From Podarcis melisellensis (taxonomy: Eukaryota), in the NCBI GenBank assembly GCA_964234715.1, contig OZ174281.1: a DNA stretch of 64,000 bases; one strand, written 5' to 3'. The notes beneath the pieces were generated by a model. That model searched no databases and was not told where the DNA came from. It worked only from the letters and a program-made list of their open reading frames with translations. Every line of letters starts with the position of its first letter. Within the stretch, counting starts at the first letter, position 1. Positions 10,765-22,521 of this stretch are shown in pieces. The position numbers and the translations under genes are program-made.

Positions 10765-12280
10765 TATTCCAGATCTCCTCTAACACTTCCTATTTTAAAA
10801 CCACCAGACAATACAAATGGTGAGGAGAGCAAGGGTCTAGATGGAAGCACATGAACCTTAAAGGTCTGTTCCAGACTTCCCCATGCACAGAGATGAGAGA
10901 CAGAAGCAAAATCCTTCCCAAGGGTGACAAAATGATTTTAGGTGCTTTACATTTAGTACGAGAGCTAGCATCTCAGCCAAAAGCAGCAGGGCCTCCAATG
11001 CTATGGAAGTTCTTAGCAGCTTCTGTGACACGGCATTCCTCAACTCACTGAATGGAGAAAGCTCTGACCCAGGTAGGGCTCCTTCTGTTGGCTGGAGCCC
11101 AGCGATAGCATCTGGGTAGGGACTCAAATGTTTAATGTGCAAAAGAATCAAACTTATTCTAAGGACAGGAGGAATTTGAGGTCTTCCTGTCCATCTCTAG
11201 GAACATTTCACTTTGGGTTCTATCATGCTTTTATACACTGTGGGAGTCAATTTTACTGAGCATGCAGGAAATTCCCACTGCTAGTCAGGATGTGGTTACC
11301 TTAACAATGATTAAGATCCTCAAGAAAACCACAAGGGTGTGGAGGGGGGGGGTAGGAAACCCCCAAATGCTGAAAACATCTGCTTTGCCCAGAATGGTGG
11401 CTTGTTGCCAAGAAAGCATAGCCATGATCTCACATAAAAAAATACCCTGCCCCTCAAAAAAGGAAGAGGAAAATATTAAAAAGCAAAGTCACTGGTATTC
11501 CAAAAGTGCATTTGGAAAATAAGTATTTGGTGCAGAGATAAATCCGTGAGAAAACTATACATACAAAAACAAAATCTGTATTTTCGAAAAGTTAGGTGTG
11601 AATCGTAAATTTTTGTTTATGCCAGAAGGCATAAATTATGCCGAGTGGGTGTCCTTTTTAAAAATTCAAACGATAAGCCTGAAAGCAGCAGAACGTCGAG
11701 TAAAATGCAACATGTGAAGAATCAGGTCGCTTAGCAAAACTTTGCGCTGACAAAGCCTTCCAATTTGAGATGAACGAAGGACAAAGGCAGACAAACATCC
11801 AAAAAGATGGAAGGAACTTCCGCATGCCAGAGTGATGGAGGGGCGAGATGCAGGAATGAGAACAGCTAGGCATGATGATGTTCTGAAGGTCTAGGGAGGC
11901 ATACCCAACCAACTCTTTCCCCAGACCTTCAGAAGATCAATGACAACGTTCCTCTTCAGGGAGGCCTTTGAGAAACAGGACTGAGGTTGCTCTACTCTGT
12001 GCTGTGGGTCTGGCTTGCTGTTTTATTGTTTTTAACTGTGTAGACTTCAAACTTTTGTGGCGCAGGGATTTTATTACCACTACCACCACCACCACACAGG
12101 CTTCTGGATATGAGCCACCTACTACTCTCTTCCTGGTCTGTTCACAGGGAGCCCACACTGCTCTGCAAAATGTTCGGGTTTGACATGACACACTGCACGT
12201 TGATCAGCTTTGATTACCAAACACAAATCATTTCAGTCAAACCGTTCTGCCACGGGATCTCCCTCCTTTCATTTATTTAC

Positions 12281-12451
12281 CTTGTCATCCTGCGAATCTG
12301 GCTGGAGTAGACTGTGTTGCTGGATTGCCATTGGAGGGGGGAGTGGAACAGCATCGGCCCCTTCTTCACCTTCCTCCTCTCCACAACTCTGCATGCCTGA
12401 CGAGGATGATTTGGAGAGCGTGCCACTGCTCAAACCCTCATTACGCCCTCT
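12281..12451 (-). CDS. TRIO: TRIO coding exon (linker; ~human exon 36), 171 nt
   Basis: tttgtag|AGA GGG...AAG|gtaaat; [57 protein letters not shown]. Confidence 0.97.
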
Positions 12452-13904
12452 CTACAAATGCAACGTTAACAGTACTTAAGCATTTATATAGTGTTTCAGA
12501 ATATGGAAAATACTTCATAGAGCCTCGTCTTCTTACAGCAGTCTTACAATGTTTGAAGGCCAGAATTTCTGGTACATAGCCCAGTCTCTTACACTCTGTG
12601 AAAAACTGGTCTCATCTCCATCTCTAATATGCCATGAAAATTATCAAACCCAAGAGCACTCTATAGACCCCATCGCTATCCATATATCCTTTGGGAGAGT
12701 TCAGCTTATTTTAACCTTCTGGTGAAAGAAGACAAGCCTCCCCAAAATGGGCTTTTAAGAAACATGTCAATTGACAGTAAAACCTGCAATGGCAGCAGTA
12801 CTGATAACAAATGAGAATTTTAACTGGAAGCCCATCATACAAAATAGAATGGAAGTTCACTCTGTTACTGAATTTGGATTGTGAAGAGGTGTTTGATATC
12901 ATTAAAAAAACAGCAACCCTATGTTGGTTCAAAATCAAGTGGGCTTGACTATGTCCTAGCTCAGACTAGCAAATAACCCATGATTTATGTGCTATGGAAG
13001 AAGCCATGCCGAATCTTGGGCTCACACCCTCCTTCCCCTCCCTGGAGAATTTAAGCTTCCACTTTAAAACAAACCCACTGCATTTTCAAATCTTGGTTAT
13101 TTCACACTAGAGCAAACACCTGTTCCCTAGAATTCTTGACCTCATAGCCTGGTTTATAGGAAGCCATTAAAACAGGTACCTTTTTTGGAATCGTGGGACA
13201 CTTTGTTTTAAGAAACAGATAACTTTGCTCAAGCTGGGAGCATGAGGGAAGGGGACAAGAAGGGCGTTTGAGCACAAACCTTGACCCCAGTTTCACAGGT
13301 TTTGGGTCATCAAACTGGGATCAGTATGTCTGAATTGGACCAGAATGGTCACGTTTGTGTACTGAAAGTACACTACAGACACATGCAAGTATGTCTTTTC
13401 AATATAGCAATATTGGGCTCGTGCTTCCATGTTAAAACCACTAAGGGGGAAGGGGCTAAAACACATATAGTAAACCTCAATCAGAGATCATATCTTGCTG
13501 GTACTTAAACTGTTAGCCAATGTTGGTTAAGAGTCATTTTTTTACAACTGTCTGATTTAACTCTGCAGGATCAGAGTGCAATGTATCACATAGTACAGAT
13601 CAGGACGGCAATCACAAAGCATAGATGTTTCTGAATGGTCAAGATGTCCCGTGAGATTCCCTCTCTTTGCAGTGAAACATAGTGAAGAGAAATGAGGCAA
13701 CACATTTTGAGGAATGAAAACAGCCAGATGCGGCTGTTTATGGAAGAGTGCCATGGAAGACTTAGAAAACAAACTGTTTGTTAAGGATTCTGGCAGCACC
13801 GGAAGACAAGGAAGTATCTCTCTGGTCATAAAAAAAACCCAGACCCAGGCAGTGGTGCTTCTCCCAGTGTGGCCAAGAACAAAACAAAAAGTACCAGGAT
13901 GCTG

Positions 13905-14207
13905 TAAAAGTGACCGACTCTGGGGTTGCGGAGTTCATCTCGCTTTATTGGCCGAGGGAGCCGGCGTACAGCTGGTCATGTGGCCAGCATGACTAAGCCG
14001 TGAACCAGAGCAGCTCACGGAAATGCCGTTTACCTTCCCGCCGGAGTGGTACCTATTTATCTACTTGCACTTTGATGTGCTTTCGAACTGCTAGGTTGTC
14101 AGGAGCAGGGACAGAACAACGGGAGCTCACCCTGTCCCGGGGATTCGAACTGCTGACCTTCTGATCGGCAAGCCTTAGGCTCTGTGGTTTAACCCACAGT
14201 GCCACCC
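13905..14207 (-). mobile_element. Sauria (Squam1) SINE
   Basis: reverse complement of the Sauria SINE consensus including the tRNA-like head (ggattcgaac, ggtttaacccacag). Confidence 0.92.
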
Positions 14208-14294
14208 CCAAAAATAATAATACCTGAATTGACACTCCTATTTCAACTGAATGTGCCTATATAATATTCAAAGAAAAACTTGGAAAACACACAC

Positions 14295-14587
14295 CTCTTC
14301 AATAGTTTCATCTTGTGGTGTAGCAGCACTGTCATCGGAGTCCTTCTGAGAGCCAGTATCAGCGCTTTTGCGAACTTCGCCTCTCTTCTTATGCTTGTGG
14401 GCCAGTTTCTTGACATGTCCATCTGCCTTTCCACTGCTAAGTCGCCTCACTGGGCTGGTGAGCCATTTCCTCAGGGTGTTACCCGGGCGCTTTGGACCTG
14501 GGGAACTCTGTGCCCCAATCATATGGGGCTGGAGCGACGTCACCGAGGCAGGAGGGCTGGCATCATTGCTGGAAACGGAAAGAGAAT
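14295..14587 (-). CDS. TRIO: TRIO coding exon (inter-GEF linker), 293 nt
   Basis: gtttcag|AT TCT...GAG|gtgtgt; (D)[53 protein letters not shown]...DETIEE. Confidence 0.97.
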
Positions 14588-15334
14588 CTGAAACAGAGAA
14601 GGGAATGGAATGATCAATGGAAGATCTATCAGCAACCACGCCCGTTGGGTAGACTTGACTTCATGTGAGGAACGGCGAGAACAACAGGTAACAACTGCAA
14701 CGTCGAAGCCGCTTTCTGTAATTTATCCAAATGCAGGGAAACTGGCGTGAACTCAACCTTGGTCATTGTGCAACACCATATTGCTATTTGTTGTCGTATG
14801 CATGGATCAGACACAAAACTCAGTTATAGGCACTATGATATGTCAGCTGTTGTACGGAGGGTTCCCTGCTGCAACCATGTGAGCCAGCTGGATTGCAGGA
14901 GGGGTTTCCACGCCAGAACTGCTGGCTCCCAGGTAGATATAATGTCAGTGTGTGGACTCTGTACAACATCGACCAAGCCTGAGGTACTAATATTGTGGCA
15001 TGAACTCCACCCAAGCACAACCAGCAACCGTGCTGTAACAGCACATGCATAAAACTGACATTACTAGTAGCTGATATTGATTAGCCAAGTCTCTCTCCCC
15101 TCCACCCCACAAAAAATGCAAGCTATATTTTTCCTTTTCCTTTTGCAAAGTTCTTTTCTAATTCTAGCATTAGGCAGGCTCTCACCCTATGCTTTTTAGA
15201 TTCCTGCTAAAACCCTTCTTTGTTTGTTTCAACAAGGCTACCCAGACACATAATGTAGTTTATATATGCTTTGCCTTGGTATTTGACAATCGTGCCTGAT
15301 TTTCAGTGAATATTGGTGTGTAAACTTAAGTGTA

Positions 15335-15554
15335 CAGTGGTACCTCAGCTTACAAACACTTTGGGTTACAAACTCCGCTAACCTGGAAATAGTACCTCGG
15401 GTTAAGAACTTTACCTCAGGATGAGAACAGAAATTGTGCGGCGGCGGCGCGGCAGCAGGTCCCATTATCTAAAGTGGTACCTCAGGTTAAGAATGGTTTC
15501 AGGTTAAGAATGGACCTCTGGAACGAATTGAGTTCGTAACCAGAGGTACCACTG
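15335..15554. mobile_element. Tc1/mariner-Tigger-like MITE
   Basis: TA-cagtggtacctc...gaggtaccactg-TA; near-identical to 63164-63394. Confidence 0.9.
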
Positions 15555-17882
15555 TATTCTACATGGGGTGAAAATAATGCTGTACACTGGATTGGGACAG
15601 ATTAGCAACCAACCCCCAAAATGCCTAGTATCTGAATTACAAGTTACAGGGATAAAAACACTACCTTATTTTAGGCCTCCTCATTACTGAGGTTGTTAAC
15701 CCAGGCCTGGGTTGCATTATGTTAGACTGCTGGTTGGGGCTCATGCGACTGCATGCCTCTCTATTAAACCCTGCCCCGCAAAACCACAAAAACCTCCCTG
15801 GATCCGATTACCAGATGAGGAAGACAAGTTCTAGCCTAGCTTTTTATACCTGGCACTTCCACATGGGGCACAAAATTGCTGCTGCTTTTGTGTATTCTGC
15901 ACTCAACCATAAAAATTCTGTACTCAGGACTCACACAACCTGGGCAAACTGAGCACAACTGCATAACCTATCTTACAAAATTCATTTTACACTTTCACAA
16001 TTATTCTGAAATTATAAACTATGCAGCCCTTATCTCCACATTCATAAGGGGCAGAAGCTGCAAGGAGGGGGGGGGAGGTCCCTTTCCTACGGAACTGAAT
16101 TGTGCGCCAATATTGCGTTCTATGAGTTTTTATTCATGGCCGTATTAATTTTGCCCTCACCATTCTAGGCCGTGGCGCACCTAGCAAAAAACGAACAATA
16201 ACTCCGAAGTAAAACATATAGAACATTACACAGACATAAAACCTCAAAAACAGTCTAAAATGCAGTGGGTGGACAAAAACCAGTAATATCCCTTCAGGAC
16301 CAAATCTCGTCTCTGCCTAAAGGGCTGGACTAAGACATCTTCACATGTCAAAGGGATGTCAGCAGGGAGCAATTTAACACATAGAGTCCTAATACTGTTT
16401 GAGGGAATTATCTCTCTTTTTTTTTGCATGTGTGGGTGTGTGGATAGTGGTGTTACATTATATTGTAAAAAAATGCCCCTCAGTTATTATATAAAACTTG
16501 CTAAGAAACCGATTAGTTACTGCGTCTGCATCCATTTTAATGTCCTGTGAATTTTTAAGAAGATGTCCACCCACTAGTCTCCCAGATCTTCCAATAACAA
16601 GATGATAAATATTTATCCTGCTTGTTAAGTCTATGAATGTAACTCACATTTCACCAAAGTTAGTCAAGGGTATTGTCCAAGTTCATAAAACTAATCATAA
16701 ATACAGACACCAGATTAGCCTTTGGGACTCGCTTTTATCAAATATCTCAAGGGTGCACTTTTGTTTAGACTAGCCACAAACCCTCCAAGGGATAATTTAC
16801 TACATTCTCCACAAGCTCGAAGTACAGCTCCATATGTACCTCTGCTAATGGAGGTCAGAGTTGAGGCAAAGTCCATTTAATACAACAAAACAAAGGAACT
16901 GAAGAGAAAGCAGAATAGTTAAGCTAGAACAAAAGATGGAAATCAAAATTTTACAGCCAAGTACTCATTCTAAACCCAAAGCCAAGGTATCAGACCTTGT
17001 TTATCTGTATGACAATTTATGTGGGTAACGTTCAAGGAATCGCTCCTAAAGCCAAAATCACATATAGTCAAAACCGATTGGGTTCAATGGTGGGTGGGAT
17101 TGCCAAAGTCATTTTTCCGGGAATCCTACACCCTTTCTAGTTTTTTGCCATGCGCGTAAATGTGAATGCGTAGAAGTTAAATGCACTAAAGTTGCAAGCT
17201 CACTGTGTGTGTGTGTGTGTGTAAAATCTCCTTAATCATGCCCTGTTGTTTGGTGAAAGAAAGGCATCTGCCTCAGATTTTCCTGTTGAGCTCCAGACAA
17301 CTTAATAATATTTAAGACGCGGCCAGAGGCAACAAAAAACCCATTTCCTCCCATGAAACAGATATATTTAATTTTCCTCTGCCAAACAAAACACACATCC
17401 AAGTGCCCCTTTCTTTAACTGAAATGTGCACTTCATATAGGGTAGAGCTGACGCTTGCTACTACACAATTATGTTCGACTGTATGTCCACTTAGGATCAA
17501 TACTGGGATAGACAATTTGGTGTCCAGAGATGAAATACCTGCTTTCTAAATCTACCTATGCAAAAGCACATTCTCTCTCCCTTTCCTCTCTTTGCTATTT
17601 CCAGCATAATGTACAAAACTCCTCAGGTGGTATTCAGCTTGGGTTCGCTGGACTGGTCATGTTGTGCGGATGCCTGAAGATTGTCTTCCAAAGCAACTAC
17701 TCTATTCCGAACTTAAAAATGGAAAGTGTAATGCTGGTGGTCAACAAAAGTGGTTTAAAAACTCTCTCTCAAGGCAAATCTTAAAAAATGCAGTCTAAGC
17801 ACCAACAACTGGGAAACACTGGCTTGCAAGAGCTCCAGTTGGAGAAAAGCCTTTACCAAAGGTGTCATGGGCTTTGAAGATA

Positions 17883-18687
17883 CCGTATTTTTCGTCCCAT
17901 AGGACGCTCCGTCCCATAGGACGCACCTAGTTTTTTGGGGGGGAAATAAAGGATTTTTTATCCCCTTTATTTCCCCCCCCCAAACCAGGTCGGGGAACCC
18001 GAACCAGGTCGAGGAACAGCGGGATGGCGGCGCTGCGCCTCCTTGCTGTCCCCCGAGCTTGTGGGGCTGGTCGATGTCTGTCCGGCGTGCAGGGCGCTCT
18101 GCTTCAGGGCGCCCATCGCGCTGGGCGGCAGGCTGCTATCCACAGCGTGGGGAGCCCTGTGGGGAACTCCCGCAGAGCTCCAACACACTGCGGATGTCTG
18201 CCGGGCGCGAGGGGTGCTCTGCTTCAGGGTGCCCTTCGCTCTGGGCAGCAGGCTACTATCCACAGCATAGGGAGCCCTGAGGGAACTCTCGCAGGGCTCC
18301 CCATGTTGCAGATGTCTGCCCGGTGCGAGGGGCCCTCTGCTTCAGGGTGCCTCCCGCGCTGGGCGGCAGGCTGCTATCCGCAGCGTGGGGAGCCCTGCGG
18401 GGAACTCCCGCAGGGCTTCAACACATTGCGGATGTCTGCCCGGGCGTCTCTCGCGCCGGGCGGCAGGCTGCTATCCGCAGCGTGGGGAGCCCTGCGGGAA
18501 CTCCCGCAGGGCTGCCTAGGCTGTGGATGTCTTCCTGAAGCCTGGAGAGCAAGAGGGGTCGGTGCGCACCGACCCCTCTCGCTCTCCAAGCTTCAGCGAA
18601 AGCCTGCATTCGCCCCATAGGACGCACCCAGATTTCCCCTTCATTTTTGGAGGGGAAAAAGTGCGTCCTGTAGGAAGAAAAATACAG
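17883..18687. mobile_element. Non-autonomous TA-type DNA transposon with internal ~119-bp GC-rich tandem array
   Basis: TIRs ccgtatttttcgtcccataggacgc / gcgtcctgtaggaagaaaaatacag flanked by TA; repeat units start near 18073, 18193, 18311 and 18431. Confidence 0.85.
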
Positions 18688-18892
18688 TACTCAAACTCAG
18701 GATGCAAGGGAGAAACGTGGTAAGAGGAAGGTATGCTTGGCAAATCCACACTGTGATCAACTCCCGCCTGGAAACCAATGTCCCCACTGTGGAAGGATGT
18801 GTGGATCCAGAATTGGCCTCCACAGTCACTTATGGACTCATTGTTAAAACCGTGTTTACGGAAGACTATCTTACTCGGCTACGAATTATCGC

Positions 18893-18960
18893 AGAAGAAG
18901 AAGAAGAAGAAGAAGAAGAAGAAGAAGAAGAAGAAGAAGAAGAAGAAGAAGAAGAAGAAG
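18893..18960. repeat. (GAA)n microsatellite, ~23 units
   Basis: pure GAA tract. Confidence 0.97.
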
Positions 18961-20696
18961 ACTTAGACCAGACACACTGGAATTAATGAATGCTCCACAC
19001 TGTAACAATTTCTTGGAAGGCCTCACTTGCATGTGTACAATTACATATATGGAGCTTCTAGGTTCTTTTTTTACTCCCCCCAGATGCTTTCTATGTAGTA
19101 ATGTCATGCATTCATGTGACATATGTTTGTTTACGGACACATTTTATTATATACTTGTCAGAGAACAGGGCCGTAAATGTACTTCTCTGAGAAAGGTTTC
19201 CTATTATGCGACAGCAGCAGTCATCACCTTCAGCTAAGCACATGGATGACAAATTATGGAGATTTTAAAAAAATACCTCTATGTAAGTCTCTACTTGTCT
19301 AAAGTCAGATAACCCTAAACGTTACAACACCAGCAATCAAAATAATGAACCCATTACAGTACTCATAGAAAGCTGCCCTTCTATTTCTGGTGCCTAAGGT
19401 AGTGAATCTACATTCCTGAGTGACTGACTAGTGGATGTGTTGTTTTTTTCATGACAAAAAATAACAGAGTTTCAACAGGCTTTCTCAGATGAACAGAGCT
19501 AGCCCCTGTTCCCAGTTCTTGCTATTTAGACCACCAGCCAGCAGGGGGGAAAATAATCAAATATCTGTATCTAAGAGTACAGATAGAGGTACAAAAGGCT
19601 GTTCTGTTCTAGGTAATCAGTGGAAATGGCCACTGTGCCATTTTATGAAATATTTTACTATGAATCACTATGTGGAAGCCCTTTCTTTTTCGCTGTTGAC
19701 ATAATGAGGATCATTTGTTCCTTTTTAACAGCAATAGTCTTGCGAGTTGAGAGCATACGTTAAATAGAAGCAGAGGGCTTGTGTCACTTTGCTGCCTCTC
19801 ATACAACACGCTCGTGTGGAGTATCAGAGAAAAACTGGACTGACACCAAGAAGGCTTTTCTGCTAGGAATCCTCCTCAGGGGCCTTTGCAAATCAAGATA
19901 TCTGAACTTAATCTAACACACACTGTGATGCTATGTGGTTATAATCCTGCACTGACCTCCTTGGAGAAAGGGTGGGGTGCAAACGTAGGCAACTAAGCAG
20001 TAGACAATAAGTTCCATAATTAAGAGAGCCGTGCGTGTTCCTTGCTGGGTTTCAATGGGATTGAGCCCACAACTTAAAGCAACACATTGTAACCAGACTA
20101 TGCACACCAGTGTAAAAGACTCTACTGGCCACAGGTTAACCTGTTTGGAAATGTTACAATTCAACATCAAATTAGTTCCCCAAGGGCATGTTCCACTTGC
20201 CTGCCCTGCTGTCAATCAAGCCCACCTGTATGTTCTTGCATAGTAATATAGCTATTATAGTTCACAAAAAGCACCTAGCATATTCTCAGGCCCCCATCTG
20301 TGACATGCAGAATGTTACTGGCAGACCTTACATGACCATAGCAGAAATTACAGACAGCATATATAAAGTGCTTTGAAAATTTGTGTGTGTGTGTGTGTGA
20401 TTAAGCACACAAGAAGTTCTGCATATAGATTACCTGTAGGGAAGGGAAACCAATGAAAGTTGTGGCTACAACCGAGTCCCTCACAGTCAAACTGTGTTGG
20501 AAAGAGTCCAACTTGAAGTCATTTCCTTTCTTGTTGATATGGGAAACAGGCCATTTCTCAACTCCTATGAAATTGCTCTTTTTCCGGTCAAGTCATAATA
20601 ATACTAAATTGAAGGTTTGACTTGAACACCGGAGGTGTTTGCTTCTTTACCTCATTGCAGCATTTTCTCTCCTTCCCATGGTTACAGACACCTTTT

Positions 20697-20833
20697 GAAT
20701 AGCTCAGTTGGTTAGAGCGAGGTGTTGATAGCACCAAGGTTGCAGGTTCGATTCCAGGTGGAACAGCTGCATATTCCTGCATTGCAGGTGGCTGAACTAG
20801 ATGATTATCTGGGTCCCTTCCATGATTCTATGA
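20697..20833 (+). mobile_element. tRNA-derived SINE with CR1-like tail (Squam3-type)
   Basis: A box tagctcagttggttagagc, B box ggttcgattcc, tail cctgcattgcagg...attctatga shared with the CR1 3' end at 890-963. Confidence 0.85.
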
Positions 20834-22115
20834 CAAAATGTGCTGTAGTAAATAGTGTGTTGCGATGGGGCATAGAGACCTAGGTTAGAATCCTTATTCA
20901 TGTTCACTGTGTGGTCTTGGCCTCATTACTGCCTCTCAGCCAAACCTACCTTGCAGACAAAATTGAGTATATGAGAGAGAAGGGGAGAGAGAGAGAGAAT
21001 GAGAATGAGTATGGAAGCTGACGTGGCCTCCTTGAAGTAGAATTAAAGAATCTAATAAAATAAAGCAGCAAGCCATCATTTAAGTAGCACAAAATTCTTA
21101 TTGGGGCACGCCATGATTTGGGGAATCTCATTAGTACAAGCTTATTCTATGTTTTTCTCCTGACTTAAGGAGCTCGGTTGTGGCAAAGCTTACTCACATC
21201 TGTACCCTACATATTCCAAAGGCTCAAGGGCCAAGGCAGTGCTCCCTACGCATGCAGACAGATGGACAGTTTTCATTAGACCTTCCAGGGCCTATCATAA
21301 TTTCCAGCCTACTTATGTGAATAAAAGGACACTAAAGACTGATCGAAAGCTAACATGAAATCTAACATATCCATGGCTATTAGCAAAGGTGGCTAAATTG
21401 ATTTCCAGATATACTGTACCTCCGAGTACCAGATGCTGAGGTCAAACAAGAGATAGTCAAGTCCAGCTTAAGTGTTTCTCAGGCGTGTTAGAAAGGATAC
21501 AACTGTTGTGCTAAGTGGATCTTTGGTATGGTCCTCCAAGCAAGGAAAATATTATGCTATAAGGTTCAACAAAAGCCCAAGGATAAAAGCTTTCTTTTTT
21601 TTTTTTAAAAAAGGGGGGGCCTTAATTTCAACCTAGCATTCCACTCAAGGCAGACATAAAAGCAGAAGTGCCCAATTCCTCCACGGTATGCTTTCTAAAA
21701 GCCAGATGTGACACATATGCTACTACTGAGACAGTGGGTTGTGTATCCCCTCGAGGCATAATTTATGGCCAACAGAGCACGCTATCGACATAAGAAGCAT
21801 GGAGCACTCCACATGTCAATGGCCACGGAAGGATAACTGAAGCTGGCAAATGGACGGGGAAGGTGCAACAACAAGGAAGGGCCATTTCACACATCACACA
21901 AAGCAAATCCTGGTTTGCTATTGTGACTAAACACAACCAAGAGTCAGAACCAATATTGTTTCCTCAACTAGCATAGCCGTTTGATGCTCATTTCCCATCG
22001 TGTAACATTTTTGCTACACATTTTCAGTGGACGGTTCTTCTCAACACTTAAAATATGGTGAATGAACAGATCTGACAGCTAAAAACCCAATCTGGTGCCC
22101 TCCAAATATTTTAGA

Positions 22116-22521
22116 TCGGGGTGGCCAACTTTCAAGAGACTGCGATCTACTTTCAGAATTAAAACCAGGCAGTGATCTACCCGTTTTTGGGGGGTTCAGC
22201 TCAAAGTTGTTGAGCTTTCTTTAGGGAGGAGAAAAGCCCCATTTTTTAGGGGTTATTTTTTTTTGGGGGGGGGAGTTAAAGGCAAAGGTCAAAGGGGGTA
22301 AAGTCACTCACAAAAAGATCGCTATGGATCAAAACAGCAGCACAGAGAAAGCTCCCATCTTTCCTTCCAGAGATCATACAACAATGGAGGGCAGGGCAAA
22401 GGGGTAGGGCAGGAGTCAGTTTTAGCGACGCTAAGGAAAGGGAGCCAGAGATCGACCACAATCTACAAAAACTTCTCGGGGATCTGCCAGTAGATTATGA
22501 CCAAACTGTTGGACATCCCTG
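22116..22521. mobile_element. hAT-like non-autonomous DNA element
   Basis: termini ggggtggccaac...gttggacatccctg; internal gatctac/gatcgac motifs. Confidence 0.55.

Noticed and set aside
7108-12280. Intronic C/D box snoRNA
   Set aside because: I found no properly spaced RUGAUGA...CUGA pair with a terminal stem on the transcribed strand; a snoRNA covariance search would be decisive
17967-18749. Multiple overlapping ORFs
   Set aside because: Artefact of the GC-rich tandem repeat inside a transposon
20697-20775. tRNA gene
   Set aside because: It has A/B boxes but no proper acceptor stem and continues into a CR1-like tail, so it is a SINE head
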